Origin: a virus | Lineage: Duplodnaviria; Caudoviricetes | Length of the DNA: 58,683 nucleotides | Direction: 5' to 3' (one strand) | Virus record (IMG/VR): IMGVR_UViG_3300027754_002641 | Span: 1 to 58,683 of that record | Part shown: positions 8,642-18,112 of the stretch, piece by piece | Numbering within the stretch: position 1 is the stretch's first letter | Layout of the letters: the number at the start of each line of letters is the position of its first letter | Position numbers and translations under genes: made by a program | The notes under the pieces: model-generated | Databases searched by the model: none | The model's input: only the letters and a program-made list of their open reading frames with translations | What the model was told of the DNA's origin: nothing

Positions 8642-9339
8642 GCGTTCTGTATCTCATCACAGCACGGGGCGGTTCCAAGGGCGTACCGGGGAAGAACCTG
8701 CGTAAGATCGGCGGGATGTCTCTGGTGGCGTGGAAGGCCAACGCGGCCAAGCAGGTTATCACGGGCAACGACCGGCTGGTTATCTCGACCGAGTGCCCCG
8801 AGATTCAGAAAGAGGCTCTTCGCAATAATGTTGAGGTGCCCTTCACTCGGCCAGCCGAGTTGGCGACCGACACGGCATCCAGCGCGGACGTTATCAAACA
8901 TGCGCTGCGTGCGCTGAACACTTACCACGACACTGTGGTTTTGCTGGAGCCGAGCGCGCCGTTTACGACGCCGGAACATTTTATAACGGCGCTGACGATG
9001 AAAGAGGCGAAGGACGCGCATTTGATTGTTGGGATGAAGCACACGGAGCCGCATACGACTTTTATCGGTGAGCAGCCCAATGATGATTTTGTAACGCCCA
9101 TCATTGTTAAGATGGACCGCGTTGGCCGCAATCTGCGCCGCCAGGATTTGCGTCAGGAGTGGACGATGAACGGCGCGTTGTACGTATTCGACACGGATAT
9201 GTTTATGGAAACCGGCAGCATTTACGGCGGAGCGCGCAATTACGGTTTGCTTATGGACCGCTGGAATAGTATTGAGATTGATACTCTGTACGACTTGGAA
9301 ATGGCTGAGTACGCCCACGGCAAGGGGTACGTGTTTTGA
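8638..9339 (+). CDS. neuA: CMP-nonulosonate synthetase (acylneuraminate cytidylyltransferase)
   Basis: ARGGSKGVPGKN, RPAELATD, NGALY, SIEIDT. Confidence 0.92.
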   Translation: MSVLYLITARGGSKGVPGKNLRKIGGMSLVAWKANAAKQVITGNDRLVISTECPEIQKEALRNNVEVPFTRPAELATDTASSADVIKHALRALNTYHDTVVLLEPSAPFTTPEHFITALTMKEAKDAHLIVGMKHTEPHTTFIGEQPNDDFVTPIIVKMDRVGRNLRRQDLRQEWTMNGALYVFDTDMFMETGSIYGGARNYGLLMDRWNSIEIDTLYDLEMAEYAHGKGYVF

Positions 9340-10028
9340 CGTTTATCATTGCGGAAGCTGGGATAAATCATTGCGGGTCTTTGGACCGCGCATTGAAGAT
9401 GGTCGAAGTCGCGGCGGACGCGGACGCTGACGCGGTTAAATTCCAGTCATTCACGGCGTCGAAGCTTGGGTATGACGCTGATGTCGTGAAGTGGCTCAGT
9501 GGCATGGAGTTGTCCAAGGACGACCACTACAAGCTTAAGGCCAAAGCAGAGCGTTGTGGGATTCAGTTTATGTCCACGCCGTTCAGCGAGGAGTGGGTGG
9601 ACTTCCTTGTTGAGATTGGCGTGAAGCGGCTGAAGATTTCATCCGGCAAGGCCAAGGAGCCAGCGTTCGTTGATTACGCCAGAAGGACCGGCCTGCCGTT
9701 AATCATCAGCACCGGCATGATTAATTACGCGCAGATGTTGGCTGTGACATGCCCAGAAGATTGGGTTCTCTATTGCGTGTCGAAATATCCGACGCCTCTC
9801 AACAAGGTTGATTTCAGGAACTTGTCCAGGCTTGAGAAGCTGTTCCCCATATGGGGGTTCTCGGATCATACGGTTGGGCACGGCGCTGCGGTTATTGCAG
9901 CCGCTTCCGGCGCGAAGGTGATCGAGAAGCACTTCACGATGGACCGGAAATTATTCGGGCCGGATCAAGTATGCAGCCTTGAGCCGGATGAACTGAAGCA
10001 GATGATTACGGAGATACGATCGGTATGA
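9336..10028 (+). CDS. neuB: Nonulosonate synthase, NeuB family (no C-terminal SAF domain)
   Basis: FIIAEAGINH, DAVKFQ, STPF, SDHT, IEKHFT; TTG start. Confidence 0.92.
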   Translation: MTFIIAEAGINHCGSLDRALKMVEVAADADADAVKFQSFTASKLGYDADVVKWLSGMELSKDDHYKLKAKAERCGIQFMSTPFSEEWVDFLVEIGVKRLKISSGKAKEPAFVDYARRTGLPLIISTGMINYAQMLAVTCPEDWVLYCVSKYPTPLNKVDFRNLSRLEKLFPIWGFSDHTVGHGAAVIAAASGAKVIEKHFTMDRKLFGPDQVCSLEPDELKQMITEIRSV

Positions 10029-10942
10029 TCCGCGACATTGACCTGAGAGATTTGCTGCCGCGCAGTCATGTCGTTCGCGATATGACGACGGTTGCTGAAA
10101 TGTTGAGGGGCAAGCGTGTTGTCGTGACCGGCGCGGGCGGGTCGATCGGGTCTGAGTTATCGCGACAGATCAGCCGGTTTTATCCGAAGGAATTGGTGCT
10201 GGTCGATAACTGCGAGTTCAATCTGTATTCGATCAGCGAGCAGATACCGTCCGCGACCGCGATTTATGCAGACATCAGGGATTCAAATTCCGTTTGCTTG
10301 TTCATTGGGAACAAAGCCGACCAGATTGTTTTCCATGCGGCTGCGATGAAGCATGTGCCGCTGGTAGAGGAAAACCAGGCAGAGGCCGTAAGGACTAACA
10401 TCTTAGGCACAACGAATGTTGCCGTGGCGTGTTTGAAGGTCAACACCCACCGGCTCGTTATGATTTCAACGGACAAGGCTGTTAAGCCGACTAGCTTTAT
10501 GGGCAAGACCAAGCGCGGGGCGGAGAACATTTGCCGGGAGGCTGGGTATACAGTTGTCCGGTTCGGCAATGTGCTCGGCTCTTCCGGCTCGGTTGTCCCG
10601 CTGTTTGAACGCCAGATTAAGAATGGTGGCCCGGTTACGGTGACGCATGAGGATGTTGAGCGGTACTTCATGTCGATTGATGAGGCTGTCAGTCTTGTGC
10701 TTCATGCGGCGACAGGTGAGCCGTCCACGTATGTTTTGGACATGGGCCAGCCGGTCAAGATCATGGACTTAGCGAAGGACATGATTCGCCTTGCGGGCAA
10801 GATGCCGGGGTCTGAGGTCGAGATAAAGATTGTGGGGATGCGCCCCGGTGAACGTCTTCAGGAGGAGTTGTTCTACGACTCAGAAGTTGTCGAGAAGTTC
10901 TCCGTGGACGGCATATGGAGGGTGAGAGATGACGCAGCGTAA
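10025..10942 (+). CDS. NDP-GlcNAc 4,6-dehydratase (PglF/CapD catalytic domain)
   Basis: TGAGGSIGSEL, FHAAAMKHVP, ISTDKAV, VRFGNVLGSSGSV, RPGE. Confidence 0.9.
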   Translation: MIRDIDLRDLLPRSHVVRDMTTVAEMLRGKRVVVTGAGGSIGSELSRQISRFYPKELVLVDNCEFNLYSISEQIPSATAIYADIRDSNSVCLFIGNKADQIVFHAAAMKHVPLVEENQAEAVRTNILGTTNVAVACLKVNTHRLVMISTDKAVKPTSFMGKTKRGAENICREAGYTVVRFGNVLGSSGSVVPLFERQIKNGGPVTVTHEDVERYFMSIDEAVSLVLHAATGEPSTYVLDMGQPVKIMDLAKDMIRLAGKMPGSEVEIKIVGMRPGERLQEELFYDSEVVEKFSVDGIWRVRDDAA

Positions 10943-11546
10943 TGTGCTGATTACGGGGAGCGCCGGACACCTTGGGCGTGCGCTGCGGGCTGCGTTTGAG
11001 GCGCAGGGGGATGTTGTGACGGGTGTTGATACGCACAATGCGGAATTTTTATGTGACCTAGAAAGCATGACTCCTGTCGGAAATATTTACAAACATTTTC
11101 CAACTGACAAGTTCGACATTGTTGTTTGCAATGCCAAACTTAAAAGCTGGATTTCTCATAACCGGCTTGCGGGCTTTGCCACATCCTCCATCATCAACAT
11201 CGCCTCCATCTACGGCGCTCTCGGCCCCGATCCCATGATGTACTACGGCACGGAGATCGAGCAGACGCCCGCATGGTACGCCGCTAGTAAGGGCGCGATG
11301 ATTGCGCTGACAAAACACCAGGCCACAACGCTGGCTCCTGTGCGGAGCAATGCCATCATCCTTGGCGGCATCTTCCGCGACCACAGCGACGTTTTCCGCG
11401 AGCGGTATGAGGCTAAGGTGCCACTGTGTCGCATGGCGACTGAGCAGGACGCGGTAGACCTGTGCCTGTTCCTGGCGAGCGATAAGGCGAGCTACATCAC
11501 TGGCGCGTGTATCCCGTGCGACGGCGGACTGAGTGCAATGGCATGA
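10929..11546 (+). CDS. Short-chain dehydrogenase/reductase (PtmA/ElaC-like)
   Basis: TGSAGHLG, NIASIYG, YAASK, SYITG...DGG. Confidence 0.85.
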   Translation: MTQRNVLITGSAGHLGRALRAAFEAQGDVVTGVDTHNAEFLCDLESMTPVGNIYKHFPTDKFDIVVCNAKLKSWISHNRLAGFATSSIINIASIYGALGPDPMMYYGTEIEQTPAWYAASKGAMIALTKHQATTLAPVRSNAIILGGIFRDHSDVFRERYEAKVPLCRMATEQDAVDLCLFLASDKASYITGACIPCDGGLSAMA

Positions 11547-11836
11547 CGATGAACGAATCGGAAATTTTGGATAAGATTGACGACACAAAATCCAGAAAGA
11601 GAGTTGCCGAGCGCGAGCTTAGTGTTTTTGACGAATCCATTATTACCGCCAACATTTATTCTGATCGTCTGACTGTCGCGAAGTTGAGAAGCGGGTGGAA
11701 AAGAGTCAAAGCTGCAAAAAAGCTAAGAGAGCCGTTTCAAAAAAATGTTGAGCAAATCAGCGTTGATCTTTTTTGTCTAAGGGCTGAGTTGAACCGGGTC
11801 ACTAACCTGAAGAAATATTTAAGATCGCGGAAATGA
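11543..11836 (+). CDS. Hypothetical basic/coiled-coil protein
   Basis: ATGA overlaps at both ends; lower GC. Confidence 0.6.
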   Translation: MTMNESEILDKIDDTKSRKRVAERELSVFDESIITANIYSDRLTVAKLRSGWKRVKAAKKLREPFQKNVEQISVDLFCLRAELNRVTNLKKYLRSRK

Positions 11837-12387
11837 CTGATATTGCCGTAGCCATCATTGGGAGCGGTAGCCATGCGAAATTATTGCAGAATTTTTTCGA
11901 TGGTAAGGCCGTTCTTTGCGCGCCGTCTGCGGTGCCGAAGGACACCTTTGTCTGTATCGGTATCGGGAATGTACCGGAAATCGGTAAAAGCGATTTGAAG
12001 ACAAGGCGTACCATTTATCAAAAGTTTGAAAACCGGATGCTTGGTGTTCAATATAAACATTCGGTAATTCTTGGGAACGTCCACGACAGTTGCCAGATCA
12101 TGCCGGGTGCGATCGTTAACCACGGTGCGAATGTGCATGAAAACGTTATTCTCAACACCGGCTCGATTGTCGAGCATGACTGCTCGATCGGCGCTCATTG
12201 CCACATCGCCCCCGGTGCGGTTGTGCTTGGCGGTGTCCGCATTGGGGAAGAGACTCATGTCGGCGCGAACAGCGTTATTTTGCCGGGGATGAGAATCGGT
12301 CGCGGGTGTGTTATCGGGGCTGGCGCGGTTGTGACTGATGATATGGATGATTACCAAACTTGGATCGGGCATAAGCTCTATGAGTGA
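11833..12387 (+). CDS. neuD: Sugar acetyltransferase, NeuD/PglD family
   Basis: IIGSGSHAK, ILNTGSIVEHDC, hexapeptide repeats, IGAGAVV. Confidence 0.88.
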   Translation: MTDIAVAIIGSGSHAKLLQNFFDGKAVLCAPSAVPKDTFVCIGIGNVPEIGKSDLKTRRTIYQKFENRMLGVQYKHSVILGNVHDSCQIMPGAIVNHGANVHENVILNTGSIVEHDCSIGAHCHIAPGAVVLGGVRIGEETHVGANSVILPGMRIGRGCVIGAGAVVTDDMDDYQTWIGHKLYE

Positions 12388-13399
12388 TTTCAGCCAAGTC
12401 GTTGTCGTATCCCCCACCCGCGCTGAAGACGGGCCGCTGAAGTCTGTGATCGCGGAGATGCCGGGATGCTCCGTGGCCCAGTTTGATTCAGAGGGTATGT
12501 CGCCCGATGTCGCTGTGGCCCGTGCTATTACGTACTTTACGGTTGTCTTCAAATCTAACAACCCGAAGCTGGTTGTTGTGCTAGGCGACCGCTATGAGAC
12601 ACATGCGGCGGCGCTCGCGGCGCACTTTTTGCGGATACCGATTGGGCATATTCATGGGGGCGAGACGACGACGGGGGCGTTTGACGATGCGTTGCGGCAT
12701 GGGATTACGCATATGGCGGGAAACGACGGGCTGCACTTTGTGGCGCACCATCCTGCGTGGCTGCGCGTCATGGACATGGTGCCGTTTGCCAAGAATGTTC
12801 ATACGTTCGGTGCCCCCGGCCTCGACACCATCGCGCAAGGGAGCGCAACGCGGGGCCAGAAGGGATGGCGAAAAATTATGGGAGTCAAGACGATTGTGGT
12901 GAGCTATTACTCCGAAACATGCTCGCCCGATTGCGGTCTGGCTAACCTTGAATCAATGCTAAAGGCATTGGTTAAATATACAGGCGATCACGCGATCTTC
13001 TTTAGCCGGGTGAATAACGACCCCGGCTCGGATGCTATTGAGGACGGCATCAATGCTTTTATCAAAACGTATCCAACGTCCGCTTCTTGGATTTCTCCCA
13101 ACACCCGCGAGCAGTACCTGCATCTGCTGGAGCACGCCGTTTTTGCAATTGGCAACTCTAGCTCGCTGGTGATCGAGTGCCCGTGGATTGGGGTGCCGAG
13201 TGTGTTGGTGGGGCTACGCCAGGACGGTAGGCCGATGGCGAACTCTGTGTTTCAATCAAACTATGGCAGCGTCACTGAAACCGAAGCCGCAATTAACAGT
13301 GCGATGGTATTCACCAAGGCGTTTGGCCCCATCTACAAAGGCGGCTCTGCCCACAAGATCGCCGGAGTCATCAGGGGGTGGCTAGATGAGAAAGCCTGA
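12380..13399 (+). CDS. neuC: Hydrolysing UDP-GlcNAc 2-epimerase family (NeuC/LegG)
   Basis: TRAE, LGDRYE, HIHGGE, DDALRHGIT, GAPGLD, GNSSS, GLRQDGR. Confidence 0.9.
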   Translation: MSDFSQVVVVSPTRAEDGPLKSVIAEMPGCSVAQFDSEGMSPDVAVARAITYFTVVFKSNNPKLVVVLGDRYETHAAALAAHFLRIPIGHIHGGETTTGAFDDALRHGITHMAGNDGLHFVAHHPAWLRVMDMVPFAKNVHTFGAPGLDTIAQGSATRGQKGWRKIMGVKTIVVSYYSETCSPDCGLANLESMLKALVKYTGDHAIFFSRVNNDPGSDAIEDGINAFIKTYPTSASWISPNTREQYLHLLEHAVFAIGNSSSLVIECPWIGVPSVLVGLRQDGRPMANSVFQSNYGSVTETEAAINSAMVFTKAFGPIYKGGSAHKIAGVIRGWLDEKA

Positions 13400-13553
13400 C
13401 GGGCTAACTCAATTAAACACTAGAGTTGCTATCGGCTTAATTGACGAATTGGATAAATTTTGCGATGATAACTTGCTGTACAAAAAGAACGTAATCGAAT
13501 TAGCGATACGAAGATTTCTAGCTGCTGAGAAGAGCAAGGTTGGGAAATCTTAA
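13386..13553 (+). CDS. Ribbon-helix-helix protein, 55 aa (not in ORF track)
   Basis: TQLNTRVAIGLIDELDKFC...KKNVIELAIRRFL; overlaps the neuC end. Confidence 0.65.
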   Translation: MRKPDGLTQLNTRVAIGLIDELDKFCDDNLLYKKNVIELAIRRFLAAEKSKVGKS

Positions 13554-13642
13554 ACCCAGCGATAGCACCCCGCTGGGGCGACCGAGAGAACGGTGCCCCC
13601 CACCGTCCCGCCCTCTTGGTCGCACACTTTTAGGAAAGCAAC

Positions 13643-14131
13643 ATGCTGTCGATCCCGGTTGATTTAGAAAAAGACGCTCTGTTTGTAAAAATCTTTTTGC
13701 AAACTGGCGATGCCTTGGATGCGTGTAAGCGCGCTGGATTTATTGTGCATGGGTACAACGATCGCATCGTTGCTGAATACCTACTCGACCGGCCCGACAT
13801 CCAAGTTGCGCTGCGGGCGGCTAAAGAATCAGAAACCCGCAAGACGGCTCCGGTAGACATAACTCGCGAAAGCATCATTTCTGATTTGGACGTTATCCAT
13901 CAGTCCGCGATGATCGAGAAAGACTATACGCCAGCGATCGCCGCTAAGAAATTGCAGGCAACTTTGATGGGGATGGTTCAGGAGAACATACAGATTACGC
14001 ATAATCTGGATGTGACCCGTATGACTGACGCGCAATTGGTACAGATGATTGCTGCCAAATCGCGGCAGGAAGACCTGAAAATGATTGATGTGACCCCGGT
14101 TGGTCTGGGGCAGATTAGTGTCTCAAAGTGA
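13643..14131 (+). CDS. Terminase small subunit
   Basis: HTH-like DACKRAGF, ITRESIISDL; directly upstream of TerL; AGGA RBS. Confidence 0.7.
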   Translation: MLSIPVDLEKDALFVKIFLQTGDALDACKRAGFIVHGYNDRIVAEYLLDRPDIQVALRAAKESETRKTAPVDITRESIISDLDVIHQSAMIEKDYTPAIAAKKLQATLMGMVQENIQITHNLDVTRMTDAQLVQMIAAKSRQEDLKMIDVTPVGLGQISVSK

Positions 14132-15662
14132 GCTAACTTTAGACCAACTGGCCGCAGAGCTTTTGCGGCGGCGTCATGCGCGAGAGAACTTCTCTGATTT
14201 CATGGCGTACATGCACGGCATAGCTCCGCCGCGTCATATGAAGTTCCTGTGCGATAAGCTGCAAGAGAAGATGGAGCGCAAGGGCGACCGTATGTTGGTC
14301 TGCTTCCCGCCGGGGCATGGAAAATCTACGGTTTCGTCGCTTTATTATCCGGCGTTCTATTTGTCCAAGAACCCGACGCACAACATCATTGTCGTCAGCC
14401 ATACGGAATCGTTCGCTGAACAGTGGGGCCGTAAGGTCCGCAATCTGATGATGTCGGACGAGTACAAGCTTTTGTTCCCAGAGATTGAGGTGTCGGACGA
14501 CAGCCGCTCCGCTGGCCGGTGGGACCTGAAGCAAGGCGGCTCGTACTACGCGACGGGCGTGGGCGGCACGGTGACTGGGCGAAGGGCAGACTGCGTAATC
14601 TGCGACGATTTGCTCAAAGGTATTGACGACGCAGAATCAAAAACTGTCCGCGATAATATGTGGGACTGGTGGGGCTCGGACTTATCAACCCGCCTGAAAC
14701 CTAGCGGCATCATGGTTGTGATTGGGACGCGGTGGCATCTTGATGACATCATTGGCCGGATCATGGCTGCTGAAAAGCAGAAGGGCGGCGACAAGTGGGA
14801 GAAGGTTGTTCTGCCCGCTTTGGCGAAAGAGAAAGACCCGTTAGGCCGCAAGCCCGGTGAGGCCCTTTGGCCGGAGTGGGAGAACGAGAAGGCCCTAGCC
14901 CGTAGACGGGCACAGCCGTCCATGACGGCCCGCCAGTGGGAAAGCCTGTACCAGCAAAGCCCGGTGCTTGAGTCCGGTAACGTCATCAAGCGCGAGTGGA
15001 TCAAGATTTGGAATCAGAAAGACCCGCCGAAGTGCAGCTTCATTGTCCAGAGTTGGGACACGGCGATCACGGCGAAGAACAAAAGCGCGTTTTCGGTCTG
15101 CCTGACCTTCGGTGTGTTTAAGGAAGACAAGACCGATTTGCCGTCCGTGATCCTGTTGTCCCGTTGGCGGGGGCGTGTGGATTACCCAGAACTGCGTAAG
15201 ATGGCCCAACGGCTCGCGATTAACTATCTGGACGACAACATGGAAGTTCCCATGTCTGGGAACCGTAAAAAGCCGCCGGATATGATCCTGATTGAAGCTA
15301 AGGCTACGGGCGAGCCGTTGATTGCTGACCTTAACCGGGCGGGGATTTCTGCAACCCGGTTTAATCCGAATAAGCACGGGGATAAGAACGCCCGCTTGAT
15401 GCTGGTTACGGACATATTTGAGAACGGTCGGTTTTATGCCCCCGGCCTGCCGCCGATGTACACGCTTCCAAGGCGGTGGGCGGAGGAATATATTAATTCC
15501 CTGCTTGCCTTCCCAGCGTCCGACTCAAGGGACGATGCCGACGCGACCAGCCAGGCTATTATTCGGATGAAGACCAGTGGCTGGATTAAAAACAGTTTAG
15601 ATGTTATTGATGAAGCACCATTTCGCTACACTGAGCGCGCATCTGGGGCACTTTACGGGTAA
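14118..15662 (+). CDS. terL: Terminase large subunit
   Basis: PPGHGKS Walker A, ICDD Walker B, GTRWHLDD, QSWDTA and DDADA nuclease motifs. Confidence 0.93.
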   Translation: MSQSELTLDQLAAELLRRRHARENFSDFMAYMHGIAPPRHMKFLCDKLQEKMERKGDRMLVCFPPGHGKSTVSSLYYPAFYLSKNPTHNIIVVSHTESFAEQWGRKVRNLMMSDEYKLLFPEIEVSDDSRSAGRWDLKQGGSYYATGVGGTVTGRRADCVICDDLLKGIDDAESKTVRDNMWDWWGSDLSTRLKPSGIMVVIGTRWHLDDIIGRIMAAEKQKGGDKWEKVVLPALAKEKDPLGRKPGEALWPEWENEKALARRRAQPSMTARQWESLYQQSPVLESGNVIKREWIKIWNQKDPPKCSFIVQSWDTAITAKNKSAFSVCLTFGVFKEDKTDLPSVILLSRWRGRVDYPELRKMAQRLAINYLDDNMEVPMSGNRKKPPDMILIEAKATGEPLIADLNRAGISATRFNPNKHGDKNARLMLVTDIFENGRFYAPGLPPMYTLPRRWAEEYINSLLAFPASDSRDDADATSQAIIRMKTSGWIKNSLDVIDEAPFRYTERASGALYG

Positions 15663-15697
15663 CTTAGCCCGTCTTTTTGTATTTTAGGCAAGTCTGT

Positions 15698-18112
15698 ATG
15701 GCGTTAGACCGCGCAACGACTTCTGGCTTAGGACTTAACGACATTACCGGCGAGAACGCTGGCGGCGAGGACGTTAATGTCCCGCAAGACGACCTGAAGT
15801 TTGCCGAAGGCGCGTCTTTTACACCGGAAGAGGACGGCGGCGAAACGATCGATTTCGCACCGGAAGAAGAAAGCACTGAGCCGGTGGCTCACGACGATAA
15901 TTTGGCTGAACATATGGAGGATTCCGACCTCCAGGCGATCGCCAACGACATTATCGACTACGTTAAGGAAGATCGGGACACTCGTTCCGACTGGGAAAGC
16001 ATGTTGTCCCAGGGCCTGACGTATCTTGGCCTGAAGATTGAAGATCGATCGATCCCGTTTAAGGGTTCTGCGGGCGTTTTTGACCCGATTTTGCTTGAAG
16101 CGGTTATCCGCTGGCACGCCACCGCCAGCGCGGAGTTGATGCCAGCCAGCGGGCCGGTGAAAACGCAGATTATCGGCCAGCCCAGCAGGGAAATGGAAGA
16201 GAAGGCGTCTCGCGTTAAAGAATTTATGAACTACTACCTGATGGAAGGTGCGCCGGAGTGGGTTGAGCAGAACGACCAGATGCTGTTCTGGCTCCCCCTT
16301 GTTGGCTGTACGTTCAAAAAGACCTACCAAGACCCAATCCTTAACCGGGTTGTCAGCCCATTTATCCTTCCACAGGATTTTGTTGTCTCGTTTAGCACTA
16401 CCGATTTAGATACCTGCCCGCGAGCGACACATATCATCTCGATGTCCCCAAAGGACATGAAGATGCGCCAACTCAGCGGTTTTTACCGCGATGTGGAGCT
16501 AAAAGACCCCACTTATGAAGCCGAAGACCCTTCATCTTTGGATGAAAAGTCTACCCAAACGCAGGGTTTGACCAAGCCAACCGAGTCGGACGAAGCCCCG
16601 TTTGAGGTGTATGAGTGCCACTTAGACCTTGATTTGAAGGGTTTTGAGCATAAGGACGACAACGGCGAAGAAGGCGAAGGGGAGCCTACGGAAACGGGCC
16701 TTCCGCTGCCTTACATCGTTACGATCGAAACCGGCTCGAAACAGGTTCTCTCCATCCGGCGTAACTGGAAGGAAGAAGACCAGACCTACGCCAAAATTCA
16801 GTATTTCACTCACTTCAAGTTTGTCCCCGGTCTGGGGTTCTATGGCATTGGCTACGCCCATATCCTTGGTAATACGGCCAAGGGGGCAACGTCCCTTCAG
16901 CGTCAGATGATAGACGCTGCTACGCTCGAAATGTTCCCCGGCGGACTCAAAGTTAAAGGCATGAGGGGGGACGACAACAACGTGATGATCGGTCCCTGCG
17001 AGTTCAGGGAGCTTGATACCGGCGGGATGCCAATCCAGCAGGCCATTATGACGATGCCCTATAAGGGTCCGTCGCCTGTGTCTATGGAGCTATGGCGGGC
17101 CACCCGTGAGAACGGCGAGCGGCTTGGCGGCATGACTGAGGTGGCTGTCGGAGAAGGCCGTCAGGACGCCCCTGTGGGCACCACAGTGGCCCTTCTTGAG
17201 GCGGCTAACCGAGCACAGTCCGCTACGCTGAAAGCGGCCCACCGGGCTTACAGGCGCGAATTTAAGCTGATCGCTGCCCTGTTCGGGCAGTTCCTGCCGG
17301 ATACGCCTTATCCGTGGCCGGTTGCCGGTGGTCCTAATTCGATCATGCGGACGGACTTTTCTGACCATATCAACGTCATTCCGGTCAGCGATCCCAATAT
17401 CACATCGTCTGCCCAGCGCATGATGCGGGCGGAAGCCCTGCTCAGGTTCGCGACCCAAGCGCCCGATTTGCATGACCAGTACCAGGCATTCCGGCAGATG
17501 TACGAAGAGATGGGTGTGGACACGAAGCGGATTGATGCGCTTCTACCGCCCAAGGCCGACGCGCAGCCGCTGGACCCGCTGACAGAAAACCAGAACCTGC
17601 TCAACGGCAAGCCTGTCAAAGTCGGCCCGTATCAGGACCATGACGCTCACATCTCTGCTCATACGTCGCTGATGAACCAGAAGCCGGACCTTGTAACGGT
17701 CCCGGCGCATATTGCTGAACACGAAGCCGCCAAGATGCGGGTTCAGGTTGAACAGATTCTGGGTCAATCGCTGCCCCCGGCTGGTCAACAGTTGCCGCCG
17801 GAAGTGGAAAACCAGATCGCTGTCTTGGTCGCCAAGGCGATGCAGCAGATTGCTCAGTCTCAAGGTGGCGAAGACCCCACCCCAGGCCAGATTGCTATGG
17901 AGCAAATCAAGGTCGAGGCCGCGAAGGTCCAGGCCAAGCTGCAAGAAATCCAAGCCAACACAAGCAGCAAGGCGTTTACGGAAACGCTTAAACTAAAATC
18001 TAGCCGCGAGGATCGCCTGAGCCGCGAGCGGATTGCTATGCTGAATTATCACAAGGACAGGCAGAAGCAATCGGACAAACCCAAGACATTCGGTACAAGG
18101 AGCACGTTCTAA
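15698..18112 (+). CDS. Portal protein
   Basis: ~800 aa after TerL; GCTFKK, PGLGFYGIG, APVGTTVALLE; coiled-coil C-terminus. Confidence 0.85.
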   Translation: MALDRATTSGLGLNDITGENAGGEDVNVPQDDLKFAEGASFTPEEDGGETIDFAPEEESTEPVAHDDNLAEHMEDSDLQAIANDIIDYVKEDRDTRSDWESMLSQGLTYLGLKIEDRSIPFKGSAGVFDPILLEAVIRWHATASAELMPASGPVKTQIIGQPSREMEEKASRVKEFMNYYLMEGAPEWVEQNDQMLFWLPLVGCTFKKTYQDPILNRVVSPFILPQDFVVSFSTTDLDTCPRATHIISMSPKDMKMRQLSGFYRDVELKDPTYEAEDPSSLDEKSTQTQGLTKPTESDEAPFEVYECHLDLDLKGFEHKDDNGEEGEGEPTETGLPLPYIVTIETGSKQVLSIRRNWKEEDQTYAKIQYFTHFKFVPGLGFYGIGYAHILGNTAKGATSLQRQMIDAATLEMFPGGLKVKGMRGDDNNVMIGPCEFRELDTGGMPIQQAIMTMPYKGPSPVSMELWRATRENGERLGGMTEVAVGEGRQDAPVGTTVALLEAANRAQSATLKAAHRAYRREFKLIAALFGQFLPDTPYPWPVAGGPNSIMRTDFSDHINVIPVSDPNITSSAQRMMRAEALLRFATQAPDLHDQYQAFRQMYEEMGVDTKRIDALLPPKADAQPLDPLTENQNLLNGKPVKVGPYQDHDAHISAHTSLMNQKPDLVTVPAHIAEHEAAKMRVQVEQILGQSLPPAGQQLPPEVENQIAVLVAKAMQQIAQSQGGEDPTPGQIAMEQIKVEAAKVQAKLQEIQANTSSKAFTETLKLKSSREDRLSRERIAMLNYHKDRQKQSDKPKTFGTRSTF

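Noticed and set aside
4215-13399. Serotype-conversion cassette or host contamination
   Set aside because: No flippase, polymerase or membrane transferase; genes are interleaved with phage ORFs and continuous with terS. Modification of a host protein such as flagellin is not fully excluded.
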